In this document: positions 1 to 13,279 of the stretch, one piece after another
How the letters are laid out: every line of letters begins with the position of its first letter
Position numbering within the stretch: the stretch's first letter is position 1
Assembly (NCBI GenBank): GCA_951406725.2
Contig: OX597835.1
Location: 8,866,001-8,930,000 of the forward strand
DNA: 64,000 nt
Direction of reading: 5' to 3'
DNA from: Octopus vulgaris
Lineage: Eukaryota
Made by a program: the position numbers and the translations under genes
The notes under the pieces: generated by a model
The model's input: the letters and a program-made list of their open reading frames with translations, nothing else
Told to the model about the DNA's origin: nothing
Databases searched by the model: none

Positions 1-53
1 ATGTAAATGTATGTATGTATGTATATGTGTGTGTTTGCGTGCACATGCGTGTT

Positions 54-99
<46 letters not shown>

Positions 100-442
100 T
101 TTCAATTAGAAAGTGAGAGATGGAGCAATGGCAATATGAAAAACAAAATTAAAACGTATTCGAAGTATAAACAATGAAATTAATCGTGCTGTTTTGAACT
201 CAATATTTCATTCTGATTACGTATCCATGCTTAATGAAATTTTTTAATGACAGCAGTTATATATTCGTTTGTCGGGGCCAGTATATTAACAATAATAGTA
301 GTAATGATGTGAAAAATATCGTTAACGACGATGGTAAAGCCGAATCAAAAATAAAACGCAAATATAATTCGATGTGTATAAATAAATATAACTCGGGTAT
401 ATGGCTGTGTATACACGCACACACACACATACACACATACAA

Positions 443-473
<31 letters not shown>

Positions 474-1334
474 CGTACAAACAAAATATAATATTGGAGA
501 TAAATTTGGAATTAATATATTTGTTTAGATCATAACTATTACACCCAAAAACTCGTCTAGACATATTCGATTAACATTTAGTCATAATTGATGTGAGGTT
601 CTTTGTAACAAACTCTGTTAGGCTATGATACGGAATATCATAAATAGCAGAAGGATATATTGAGTGAAAATTTTATAATAATTCTTACAGTACTACTGCT
701 TCTGGGATATATGTTCAGTCACGGTGGAGATATATCATTTACGGTGCTGTAACTGAACATAAATACTGCTTATTGGGCTATCAGATCAGCAGGCGTAGCC
801 CTATTGATAGCATCTACTCAAAGCGTTAACCACAAAAATTTGGTGGGCAGATGTCTTTTTTTTAATGGTTCGGCTGGCTTAGTGTTGGTTCAAGAATTTG
901 GTTGTCTGAAGCTGTTGGCTTCTAACCGATCAAAGTAACCGGCCAGTTTTCAATCTCCCATCAGAGAGCTCTCTATTCAGAACTTAGATGGTTATCAGTA
1001 TGTATTGAAAGTTTTAAGATTATTTGAAAAGATTTATATCCCAAAATTATTCCAATAATCGAAGGATTTGAGTTAGTGAATTTTTCCCTCATTTAACTAA
1101 GGTAACCTAATGTAAATAAACGACTACTGGTTTGATAGTACTGCACATTTCCGGAGCTGTTAGCTTGCTTTAGAACCACTTTGATACCGGTAATACAGAG
1201 GGAGACAGCTTCCAAGTTTGAAGTAGTAGTTTTCCACTATGATATACCTCCAAATATTAACTTCGCGTAAATCAAAATAATTTAAATATTTATTCATTGC
1301 CACCATCATAAATATTATCAATATTATCATTGCT

Positions 1335-1747
1335 TTTGCACAAGTTCTAGCGCTTGGAGATGTAGTACAGTGTCAGCTGTTCACTACCAGTGAACTAGGG
1401 TAACGCCTCTTATTTTTCGAGCACCTTCTGGAGTATTCGAGCGGTTCCAAGCAGTACTGTTTTCTGTAAGTACTCCACCCTTATTGCAGGCCCTATTTGT
1501 ACCAAGTATCTCTCGAGATTTTTGCTCACTGTTGCCAGGGCTCCAACAATTATTGGTACTACTACTACCTTTTCATCGACCACAACTGCTTAATTTCCCA
1601 AGCTAACCTATCATAACTTTTTTTTATTCCTTATCGCATACCTTGCTGTTAGCTGGGCATGTTATATCTATGATCCAGCATAGTTTGTTTTCTTTCTCAA
1701 TGAAGACTATGTATGGCTTTTTATTCTCTATCTGATTGTCGCACTGG
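1335..1747 (-). mobile_element. 3' fragment of an R4/Dong-like non-LTR retrotransposon (restriction-like endonuclease C-terminus plus 3'UTR), degenerate
   Basis: Minus strand reads QCDNQIENKKPYIVFIEKENKLCWIIDITCP...VVVVPIIVGALATVSKNLERYL...LQKTVLLGTARILQKVLEK* with frameshifts. PD/ID.P, PIIVGALG and LLGTARIL are typical of R4-clade RLE domains. Confidence 0.85.
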
Positions 1748-1849
1748 AGATAATGGCAGACTCTAAAATCTCGATGGCCCTAGAATACAAATAAAAACTG
1801 TGTAATACACTAGAAATATATTCTATAAATAATTGCAATTCAAAGGAAC

Positions 1850-2400
1850 GGCGTCATATTGCATTCGTAGAAAGGCAGGCGTACTCTTTATATCTGGTCA
1901 TTTATCGGGAACCATTTCTAGCATTTTGACAGAAATAATAGCATAAAAAATCAATGGTAACGAACAGGGCAATTTTAGAGAGTAGATCAGTCAACAACTG
2001 TGAGTAATTTTATCCCAATTTACAGATATACAACGGAGTAAATTCGGATTATCTTGCATGGAGCACCAGCTATGAAATGCGTTTCAGTGGGTTTCCTCAA
2101 CCGGAGTTGTATTTTATCTCAAAACCACATATCCCATAACAGCGATAAAGAGAGAGAATTAACTTTATTTATGAACAAAGCAATTGACTGATATTGCAAA
2201 TTTACAACTGTACTGGAAGGATTCAATAGCATTTGCTTTACATTCGTTCTTTGTATTCAGATACGGCTGCATTCCAGTGTCCTTACACAAGAAGACACTA
2301 ATGATATATTACGGAGAAAACTAATAAACTGGACAATGATTACCTACAATGTTTTCAATATTGTTCATCATTTAAAAAAAAGAGCTAACTGGCAATCGAC
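1850..2400 (+). mobile_element. Possible highly degraded hAT (Charlie/Buster-like) transposase fossil
   Basis: Scattered peptides in the expected order: REPFLAF, HGAPAMK..GF (cf. TDGAPAM.G), IQIRLHSSVL (cf. TEVRWLSRG.VL). Many stops and frameshifts. Confidence 0.3.
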
Positions 2401-2810
2401 TATATCGAAATGTGTATCGCTACACATATTTACATATATTGATGTGTGAGTGTATATAGATGTATACGTATGCGTTTACACAAACACACGCACACACATC
2501 GAAAGCTAGATTGATATAGTGACAGATGCATTGCATATACTCATTATGTACTAACTATACACCTGTTATATACTTTCTGTATAAAACCTTGTAGATACAC
2601 ATTTCTGCCACAATAATAGTGTACGATATTTAGCAACGAATCAACCCTCATGAAGTAGGCCTACAATGAAATGTCTTTTCGTTTTAACATCATCTTTTAT
2701 TCTATGGATATTAAATCGGATTACATTAATCCATATCCGCCTGATGTTTAAAATACAGTAGGGTGTAATTTGAAGGATACTTGAGAGCTCATCAGCGTAT
2801 ATTGATGAGT

Positions 2811-3195
2811 GTGGAGGCGCAGTGGTTAGGGCAGCGGACTCGCGGTCATAGGATCGCGGTTTCGATTCCCAGACCGGGCGTCGTGAGTGTTTATTGAGCG
2901 AAAACACCTAAAAGCTCCACGAGGCTCCGGCAGGGGATGGTGGTGATCCCTGCTGTACTCTTTCACCACAACTTTCTCTCACTCGTACTTCCTGTTTCTG
3001 TTGTACCTGTATTTCAAGGGGCCGGCCTTGTCACTCTCTGTGTCACGCTGAATATCCCCGAGAACTACGTTAAGGGTACACGTGTCTGTGGAGTGCTCAG
3101 CTACTTACTAGTTAATTTCACGAGCAGGCTGTTCCGTTGATTCGGATCAACCGGAACCCTCATCGTCGTAACCGACGGAGTGCTAAAGAAGAAGA
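2811..3195 (+). mobile_element. tRNA-derived SINE, family A, tail type 1, near full length
   Basis: Head with partly deleted A box and B box GGTTTCGATTCC, (AAG)n tail. TSD ATATTGATGAGT (2799-2810) / ATATTGATCAGT (3196-3207). Homologous to copies at 25186, 31151 and 35211. Confidence 0.93.
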
Positions 3196-3284
3196 ATATT
3201 GATCAGTATCTGGTAGATGGCTGTTAGTTAAGCTATTATCACAGATATCTAGGACCGTGGGATGGTAAAATAGTTTGTACACGG

Positions 3285-3455
3285 GGAGTAGTGCTTAGCG
3301 GCATTTTGACCGTCTTTAAGGATATGAGATCAAAGTGCCCCGAGGTCTACTTTAACTTTCAGCCTTGCAGGTTTGATAAAATACGAACCGGATTGGGTTC
3401 GATTTGATCGACGCACATCTTCCCGCGAAATTGCTAGCCTTCTACCAAAATTATT
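3285..3455 (+). mobile_element. Degenerate SINE, family D
   Basis: Resembles 16823-17057 (TGCTTAGCGGCATTT...GAGGT..ACTTT..CTTTCA.CCTT...GATAAAATA). Confidence 0.55.
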
Positions 3456-3945
3456 AATGATATATACATTGTATATACATTGTATATACAGAGTATATAC
3501 ATTGTATATCCTTCCAATATTCTCTAGAATAATTATATTCCATATTTCCTTTTATTCAAAATTTTCATTAGCTTTCATTATATTCCACATCAATACTCAG
3601 AATGGAATACCTTTTGTTAGAATAACACAGGTAATATTTAAGAGATTTCTTTTAAGATGGAACAAGGCTGCTGCCATTTAAACTCAACACACGACAGTCT
3701 TCCGTTAACAGTGAAAATTCTCCACACATAGTATTTCATGGAAATTGTCGCAATATATTATAACACTGCCATCCTCAAGATAGATATATTTAAATGATAA
3801 GTCAAACTGAAAATTAAATTGGAAATATCTTCAATGATGTCTACATTTCTCCCACAAGGGAAATTTTTGTCATACAATTTATGAGACAGTCATCAATAAT
3901 TCATCCCGCCTGTGTGTATTTGCAGTTATACATACATATAAATTT

Positions 3946-3946
<1 letters not shown>

Positions 3947-4009
<63 letters not shown>

Positions 4010-4010
4010 A
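3947..4010. repeat. (TCTA)n microsatellite
   Basis: Direct reading. Confidence 0.95.
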
Positions 4011-4092
4011 TCTAATCTAACTGTCTATCTATGTATCATCTAATCTATCTACTTATCAGTCTATCTACTTATCAATTTATCTATATATCTAT

Positions 4093-4221
4093 GCACACAC
4101 ACTCACACACTCACACACACACACACATACACACACACACACACAAACACGCGCACACAAACACACACTCACACACACACACACACTCACACACACACAC
4201 ACACACGCGCACACACACACA

Positions 4222-4257
<36 letters not shown>

Positions 4258-4283
4258 CGCGCACACAAACACACACTCACACA

Positions 4284-4323
<40 letters not shown>

Positions 4324-4495
4324 CGCGCACACAAACACGCTCACACACACACACACACACTCACACACACTCACACACACACTCACACACTCACACACAC
4401 ACACACAAACACGCGCACACAAACACACACTCACACACACACACACACTCACACACACACACAAACACGCGCACACAAACACACACTCACACACT

Positions 4496-4527
<32 letters not shown>

Positions 4528-4777
4528 CGCGCACACAAACACGCTCACACACACACACACACACTCACACACACTCACACACACACTCACACACACACAC
4601 ACACACACAAACACGCGCACACAAACACACACTCACACACACACACACACTCACACACACTCACACACACTCACACACACACTCACACACTCACACACAC
4701 ACACACAAACACGCGCACACAAACACACGCTCACACACACAAACACACACTCACACACACAAACACGCACTCACACA

Positions 4778-4815
<38 letters not shown>

Positions 4816-4943
4816 CGCGCACACAAACACACACTCACACACACAAACACACACTCACACACTCACACACACACACATACACACACACACACAAACACGC
4901 GCACACAAACACACACTCACACACACAAACACACACTCACACA

Positions 4944-4983
<40 letters not shown>

Positions 4984-4992
4984 CGCGCACAC

Positions 4993-5029
<37 letters not shown>

Positions 5030-5066
5030 ACACATACATACACACACACACACAAACACGCGCACA

Positions 5067-5109
<43 letters not shown>

Positions 5110-5156
5110 ACACATACACACACACACACACAAACACGCGCACACAAACACACACT

Positions 5157-5187
<31 letters not shown>

Positions 5188-5200
5188 ACAAGCACACACA
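4093..5200. repeat. 1.1-kb compound (CA)n satellite with recurring higher-order unit CACAAACACGCGCACACAAACACACACT
   Basis: Direct reading; source of the His/Thr ORFs. Confidence 0.95.
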
Positions 5201-5301
5201 TTTTAATATACGTTACCGGAGTCTCTATTTCAGCGAATGTTGGCATTCGTATTTCAATCTGTACACGCGTTTTATACTTTTATACTTTTACTTGTTTCAG
5301 G

Positions 5302-5454
5302 CAGTAGTAGTAGTAGCAGTGGTAGTAGTACTAGTAGTAATAGTAGTAGTGGTGGTGGTGGTGGTAGTAGTGGTGGTGGTGGTGGTGGTGGTAGTAGTAG
5401 TAGTAGTGGTGGTGATAGTAGTAGTAGTGGTAGTAGTAGTAGTAGTGGTGGTGA

Positions 5455-5485
<31 letters not shown>

Positions 5486-5531
5486 GGTGGTGGTGGTGGT
5501 AGTAGTAGTAGTGGTGGTGGTGGTGGTGGTG

Positions 5532-5569
<38 letters not shown>

Positions 5570-5577
5570 GGTGGTGA

Positions 5578-5611
<34 letters not shown>

Positions 5612-5619
5612 GGTGGTGA

Positions 5620-5651
<32 letters not shown>

Positions 5652-5660
5652 TTGGTGATG

Positions 5661-5708
<48 letters not shown>
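5302..5708. repeat. Compound (GTA)n/(GTG)n trinucleotide repeat
   Basis: Direct reading. Confidence 0.95.
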
Positions 5709-6773
5709 AAGCAGACGCTACCACAATGCAGTCATTAACTAAAATGTCCATGAAATAACAAGAAGCGATGTACTCTATTCAGAAGAAACAACCGCAATAT
5801 TTTAGAGGGCAAAATAATCTATCAGTCATTAAAGAAAGAAGCATTATGAAACGTTGATGAAGCACCAAATTTAGTAACAAATTGTGAAATGTCTTCTAAT
5901 ATAACAACTCATAAAAATCAGAGTCAATTTTGAAAATGTTTGCCTAAATTATTATCGTAGAAAGCACGAAACAAATTCTTGATATTTCCTGTCGCATGTC
6001 TATCCAGAAACTAATTAAAACAGCCAGTCGATTAATCTTTTATGGGCGTCTCACAACTGTTTTGCGGAATCTCTGTTTCTCTTCACTGAAAAAAAGAAAC
6101 ACAGGATTTATTCCAAATAGAATTGTGTAGTTGTTATTCTTTTTCCTTTATATTTCCTCATTTTATCGACGTCCATCTATTTTTTGCTATATTTATTTTT
6201 CTTTCCGTTTATTTTCCTTGATATTTCAACTTTTGAAATATATCATCTGAAACTTCTGATAAGTCCGTGCTTTATCAAGAATTAACCTATTTCTTGATAT
6301 TTGGGTAGTTCTTCGTATATACACTGGATTAATATTCGGTCCGTTTTTCCTCAACTAAAGAGGTTAGATGTCAAATCGTTTTTCAAATCATATCTCTTTT
6401 TAATTCCAGGTGGCATTCCAACCTAAATACTTGTGTCAGGTTAGGAGAACTGAATGTCCATTATATTGAATGGATAAAAATTCTTAGTTGAGACTTCATT
6501 GTGATGTTGATTCATGTTACATATCATTGAGAAAAATATCAAGATCTTCTGTTCTCTCCTCTCTTAACTTCATTCTTGCAGTCGCGTGACCTAAGCAAAG
6601 CTATATAGTATTAAGTCTCTACTGTTCAGCTTAGAGACTTGGCCATGGAGAGAGAAAACAGTCAAACAGTACACCGCTGAGTACCGTTCTTAGAGAATCT
6701 GACATTCTCAAATCTATCTTTAACAAAGTCGGTTCCAAACATGGTCTCCTCAAAAAACATTTTCTTAAATTCC

Positions 6774-6967
6774 TCTTCTACTGTAGCCTCGGGCTGACCA
6801 AAGCTTTGTGAGTGAACATGGTAGACGGAAACTGAAAGAAGCCCGTTGTATATGTATATATGTGTGTGTGTATATATGTTTGTGCGTCTGTATTTGTCCC
6901 CCAGCATCGCTTGACAACCGATGCTGGTGTGTTTACATCCCCGTAACTTATCGGTTCGGCAAAATAG
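6774..6967 (+). mobile_element. Internal fragment of SINE family C
   Basis: Matches the middle of 43140-43550 (TGGTAGACGGAAACTGAAAGAAGC...GCTTGACAACCGATGCTGGTGTGTTTA). Confidence 0.85.
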
Positions 6968-6968
6968 T

Positions 6969-7108
6969 CCTATTTCTTTACTACCCACAAGGGGCTAAAC
7001 ACAGAGAGGACAAACAAGGACAGACAAAAGGATTAAGTCGATTATATCGACCCCAGTGCGTAAGTGGTACTCATTTAATCGACCCCGAAAGAATGAAAGG
7101 CAAAGTCG
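6969..7108 (-). mobile_element. 3' half of SINE family D
   Basis: Reverse complement matches the 3' part of 16823-17057 (GACTTTGCCTTTCAT..TTTCGGGGTCGAT...AGCCCCTTGTGGGTAGTAAAGAAATAGG). Confidence 0.85.
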
Positions 7109-7841
7109 GTTCCAAACCCGATCTCTTCAAAAAACCTTTTCCTAAATTTATTTTCTACGCTCATCACAATTCACCAACAACACGATGTCATATATTTTCA
7201 TTTCAAACTTAATCAAATACTCGTTGAATATTAAAGAAGCACAGTAACTCGACTTTTGCTATATTTTAACACTTCTGATCAATGTAGTTTTAGGGATAAC
7301 AATTATCAAAATGTATAGTCATGTCCTCAAGCACTAAAAATGGCAAATAATCACATTTTAATTCAAATATATTACACTCCAACACAAACATTACATCGAT
7401 ATCAAATTTTAAATAGATATTGAATATGATACAAACTTACTTCGAATATTCAATCATAAAAAATAGATCTTTTGACTCCATGCTACCATTTAATGCCGGG
7501 AGAAACATTTTAAAGAAACTATTAAATTAACAAGGGTACTAGTGTATTTTTTTTTAAATACTTGAATATTGATACTATTCGATTATTTATAGTGTGTCTA
7601 TGACTGTCTAATAAATCGATTGCCAGAACGAGTGTTTCGAAATAATATATCGAAAATCGACCGCCACAGCAAAATTTCATTGCAAAAATTTTCTGGAATT
7701 GGTTAATCAACAAATTTCTTTTAACTCAAAAAAGAATTAGGATCTCCATCTAAGTGTGTTCTCTATGTGTAGTACATACTCACACATACGCATATACAAA
7801 CCTTCATACTTTTATAAACACAACTTTACATATATATATAC

Positions 7842-7873
<32 letters not shown>

Positions 7874-8754
7874 TTATATATTTATAGACATATATATATA
7901 TACATAAACATATATATATATATATATATACATTAACATATATATATATATATATACATAGACATATGTATATATATATATACATAGACATATATGTATA
8001 TACATATACATATACATACATATATATATATATAATATTATATATGTGTGTCGTAGCTGTATGCATATAAGCACGTATGAATATCTATCAATCGATAATC
8101 GGCAACGGATTAAGTCTCACAGGGAGGGGAACGACATATCGGAAGATATATCGCAGATACTCTACTTTGATAAGTTAATACAAGATATCTCATATTCAGA
8201 AAGGAATAATCGTATATTCCTTGGATGCGAAGTAGAAACGAACGAAATACCATAAAAAAGGAAAATATTAAATACATTAAAACAGGACGAGGCAGAAAAG
8301 ATAGTGAGTTTCTGTCTTCCTTTGAAACGATTTTACGCCAAATATCTCATTTTTTAGGACTCTGATAGGACGTAATTAACTTGATATGATTCTTTTTCAG
8401 ACAAAGATAGCGAAATGGAGAGAGAGAGAGAGAGAAAGAGAGTGAATATGTGTGTGTGTTTGTATGATTCTGTATGTGTATGTAGATTAAATATTTTGTA
8501 TTCTAATTTTATATCATTATAAAAAAAAAACGTATCATTGAAACTTTAGTTTTCTAGAAATATATGTTAAATTGATCATATCTGGAGCTTTTTTATATTT
8601 CAGTGTATTAATATTTCATGCATGTATACATGTATACGTACAGGCATACATATATACATGCATGCATTCGTTCATACATGCGTACATACACACATACATA
8701 CACATACACATACATATATATATATACATATACATGCACACATGAATACGCACA

Positions 8755-8837
<83 letters not shown>

Positions 8838-9364
8838 GTATGTATCTTTCTATGTATGAATGTATGTACGTAAGTGTATATGTGTATATCTTTATGTGTG
8901 CGTGTGCGTGTGTGTATTTCTACTATATTTCTACTGATATTCTTTCTATTGTTACTCCTTGCCAAAATTCATAATGTGTTCACTCGTTCGAATTTAATGA
9001 CAGTTTCAGTACATCGGAGAAATTGCACCGTAGAATTATCGATTTATTCGTGATGTAGCTGTAAATATTGCCACCACATCTGAATTAAATTGTCGTTTGA
9101 TGCATACGATTTTTTGCTCCGATGAGAAACATTTTCTTCTCAACACTTGACATTGTTATATATACCCATTTTCAATACCCATATTTGCATGACAGTTTCC
9201 GCTGTTGTGTAGATAATATTGATAGCCCGAAAATATTTGCAACTCATCTAACAGGAAACTTCCCAGTTACTTCACAGCCAAGAAATAATACCAATAAATT
9301 AAGAAATGATTGTTAATTCTGCAAGTAATTTTAGTGAGTGAAGTTAGCTTATTATATTCAACTC

Positions 9365-9500
9365 ACTTGTTTGACTGTTAATTTATATTATCGACACCAA
9401 AGGGAAAAGCGCAGAGATACCCTCGATGGATTTGAAACCTAAATTTAAAGTGACAGAAGGAACAGCATTAAGCAGTTTGTCCGACGTCCCTGACTCTTAT
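9365..9500 (-). mobile_element. Degenerate SINE family D fragment
   Basis: TTATCGACACCAAAGGGAAAAGCGCAGAGATACCTCGATGGATTTGAA resembles the reverse complement of the family D core. Confidence 0.45.
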
Positions 9501-10086
9501 GCTAAACCTTGGGTCAGTTAACTTCTGAAAATTAACGAAAAATTGATGGTATTTTAATATAAGTGATATCCAAATGAACAGTAGAGTCTTTGTGGTAGAA
9601 TTTTCATCATGAATTCCATTTATATCATTAAATACCATTCAGTATGTTAATGAGAAAAAGTGCGAAATTGAAATAGTTTTACGACGGGTGTCAAGGGATT
9701 CTATCTACATACTAAATACATTGAAGAGGATGAGTGGCCTTCAATCATATAATAATATATATAATATAATATATATATATACGTATATGTTCATACATCT
9801 ATACCTATATATGAAGGGGGTTTTTCCTTGTGCTGTACATAATTGTTTTTCCCGTTTTCGTTTCGTCTTGTTCCACGTCTCTGTCCTTCTGTTGTACAAA
9901 ATGGCTTTTCCGTTTTCATTTCTGTTGATTTTTACGTCTTCTTTTGGTGTCCTGTACGTATATATATTTATGTATGCATGTATATATACATGTAGATGTA
10001 TACGTATGTATATATGCATATTAATTATATATTATTTATATCATTATATGATTGAACGTCACGCATCCTCTTCCAAGTAAGTTTTA

Positions 10087-10145
<59 letters not shown>

Positions 10146-10186
10146 ATGTATATATGTATGTATACATGCATGTATGTATGTACATG

Positions 10187-10463
10187 TGAAGGTGCATGGC
10201 GGAGTGGATAGTACATCCGGCTCACAATCATGAGGTAGTGTGCTCGATTCCTGGACTGGTCTGTGTTGTGCTTTTGTGCAAGACACATTATTTCTTGTCG
10301 CTCCAGCTCACTCAGCTGTAGAAGTGAGTTGCATCATCACTGGTACGAAAGTGTATCGGTATTTGCCTTTACCTTGATTAAAATCAATGGCGTGGAAAGT
10401 GGAAGCTGTTATTTGCTAAATTTACCTGAACTTGTACCTCGTAAGTTAACTGTGTAGGTGCAA
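10187..10463 (+). mobile_element. tRNA-headed SINE, family E, diverged copy
   Basis: Homologous to 22272-22612 (GCTCCAG.TCACTCAGCTGTAGAA.TGAGTT...TAGGTGCAAT). Confidence 0.8.
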
Positions 10464-10482
10464 TTAAGTAGATAGATAGATA

Positions 10483-10607
<125 letters not shown>

Positions 10608-10887
10608 ATTGATTAATAGACAGATTGATAGATGGCTAGGTATTTGTGTGTCTGCAAATGTCTGAAATAAAAGCAACAGGAGAGAGAGAAAGAGAGAGAG
10701 GGGGAAAATGGAAAATATCAGAAGCAGGGATGTAGAATTGGTTGGTATATTATTATATAAGCAATAATTTGAAATTGCTTTCAAAGTTCTTGCTTCAAAA
10801 CTAAAAGCTAAGACTGGGACAGTAGCAGATATAGCTATCTTCTGAATACTCGAATATGAAGTGTATATACGTGTGTGCGTATGTGGA

Positions 10888-10922
<35 letters not shown>

Positions 10923-11038
10923 ATATTTCGGAATGGTCATTTTGCCAGTTTAGCCAATAAAAAAAAACGCACTATATATTTGGTGTTATTTTGCTTCAGT
11001 GTTATTTATTTTTTACATTAATCTTAATCTTATTTCGG

Positions 11039-11078
11039 CCAGAGTTCTTTCGTCACACTCCTGTGACCGCATCAGTGG
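11039..11078 (-). ncRNA. Degenerate minimal type I hammerhead ribozyme-like motif (Penelope-like terminus)
   Basis: Minus strand: CCA-CUGAUGC-G-GUCACA-GGAG-UGUGAC-GAAAG-AA-CUC-UGG. Six-bp stem II, three-bp stem I, core with an A9-to-C change; followed by an AT-rich AATAAA tract. Confidence 0.5.
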
Positions 11079-11466
11079 TCCTTTGTTTTCTTCTTTCTTA
11101 TTTGTGTCTCTCCTTACTAACCGTCAGCCATTTTGTATTTCTATTGTATGTCTTCATTTGCGCATGTTTATATCTCTATGTGCGTCTATGTTTATTTAGT
11201 GTGCGTATGTGGGGGATGCCTGTAATATTTGTATCTTCTGTTTATATATGTTCATGTAATTTGTATTTTGTTTTTGTTCTTGTTTTTGTTTATTCTTATT
11301 TTGTTCATGTATTTACATCCACTTTTTATTATCATTACATATGCTTGTATGTATGAATGTATGTATGTATGTATGTATGTATGTATGTATAACAACAATA
11401 CTAGTAATAATAATAATAAATCGAATCGAAAAAAATTACATATATATATATATATAGTTATTTATA

Positions 11467-11519
<53 letters not shown>

Positions 11520-11615
11520 GTATATATATGTATATATCTCTTCATACATACGTGCATATGCAATCACACACTAAGAGACATGCACATACAAACAAACACA
11601 CACATGCACACACTT

Positions 11616-11669
11616 GTGTGTATACACTGAAAACCATATAAAGTGTGTATACACTGAAAACCATATAAA
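11616..11669. repeat. Perfect 27-bp tandem duplication
   Basis: GTGTGTATACACTGAAAACCATATAAA x2. Confidence 0.9.
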
Positions 11670-11883
11670 CTTTGGGATTATTTAGTGCTGAAGAAATATC
11701 AAAATAATCACAGAAGATGATCACTTCCTAGCACAGCTTAAAAACTATACCTAGAAAAATTAATAATTTAATATGCAAAAAAATACTAGTTTTCGCGTAT
11801 TTAAAATATGGAAGTAAGAATTGTTCTTCGATAAAATCTCCAGTAATAAATATACTGACGTAAATATACTGACGATTCGGTTT

Positions 11884-11932
11884 GTCATCATCATCATCAC
11901 CATCAATGATGATGATGATCAAGATGATGATC

Positions 11933-11964
<32 letters not shown>

Positions 11965-12011
11965 AATAAAAACAATAGTAGTAATAAGAATGATGATGAT
12001 GATGATGGAGT

Positions 12012-12046
<35 letters not shown>

Positions 12047-12205
12047 ATTATTATGATGATGATGATGATGGGGAGGAGGAGGAGGAGGAGGAGGAGGATG
12101 GTGATGATGGTGATGATGATGATGATGATGATGATGGTGATAGTGATGATGATCGTGATGATGATCGTGATGATGATCGTGATGATGATCGTTATGATGA
12201 TGATG

Positions 12206-12237
<32 letters not shown>

Positions 12238-12256
12238 GACGACGACGACGACGATG
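11884..12256. repeat. Compound (GAT)n/(AAT)n/(GAG)n repeat
   Basis: Direct reading. Confidence 0.95.
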
Positions 12257-12573
12257 GCTGGCAATAATAGTAACTGTAATAGCAGATATTGTATTAATAG
12301 ATGATGAGGAAGTGTTTGGTGGTGTTGCAGGTGTTGGCGGAGGATTATCGCGACAAAATATATTTGAAACGATGATGGGATAAGACAATCACATCAATAT
12401 CGATGAAAACAGTCCGTAAATAATAAATAGCAATGATAGAGACGATCAGCACCCGTAGGAATTTGAAATGGTTCATAGCGTGCAGTATCGTTTATGTGGT
12501 GAAATAGAAGAAATTTATGTGGCTCTGGGTAGGGAAATTTTGGAACAGAATAATGAAACTGCTACTTAAGATG

Positions 12574-12800
12574 GCTATGTCCGTTCCGGTATCGCTCTTG
12601 ATGGTGTCAAGCCAGCGGGTTCTCGGTCGGCCTCTTCCTCAGTGGCAAGAGAGGCAGAGGCCGAATAAGAAGCCGCTGGCTTGACACCATCAAGAGTGAT
12701 ACCAGAATGGACATAGCTAATCTGAAAGAAGCGGCCCAGGATAGAACTGACTGAAGGACACTGATCCATGGAGTGATCGAGTGTCGACTTCGACAGAGCG
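12574..12800 (+). mobile_element. 3' end of an RTE-clade LINE with an inverted copy at its 5' side, followed by (GATA)n to ~12947
   Basis: Plus strand encodes [40 protein letters not shown], the typical RTE C-terminal GRP..RW.D.I and A.DR..WR motifs. Confidence 0.8.
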
Positions 12801-12948
<148 letters not shown>

Positions 12949-13279
12949 TACTAAAGATGGCTGATAAATATATTGGTGATATGGAGATTGAAAAATAAAG
13001 TTTGAGAAGGGGAAACAAGTGATGATGAGGGGTAAAGGAGTTAAAAGCTGTTCCGTTTGAACGGTATGGAAATAGAATGAATAGCACCAACAGATTTGTA
13101 ATCCGGAGGAAAGAGAAAGAATTGTCATCGTGTAAAACGAATGACATATGCAAGCTCAACGGCATCTGTCCATTAATCTCTCTGTAATTAAATAGGGGGC
13201 GAGGACTCAATATTAGGGGCGTTGAAAAGCAAGGGCGCTCCATCAGATCACGTACACCTTTCGTAATACCATATGCACT

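Noticed and set aside
2811-2885. tRNA gene-like sequences at SINE heads
   Set aside because: No complete cloverleaf; they continue into SINE bodies with TSDs.
4031-5758. Long ORFs rich in His/Thr, Ser/Gly, Val or Leu/Pro
   Set aside because: Translations of (CA)n and (GTA/GTG)n repeats, open in several frames; no evidence of a gene.
6409-6438. Possible 30-nt micro-exon (TTCCAG|...CAG|GTTAGG)
   Set aside because: Splice-like signals alone are common by chance; no supporting homology.
11728-12388. Poly-Asp, poly-Met and poly-His ORFs
   Set aside because: (GAT)n microsatellite artefacts.
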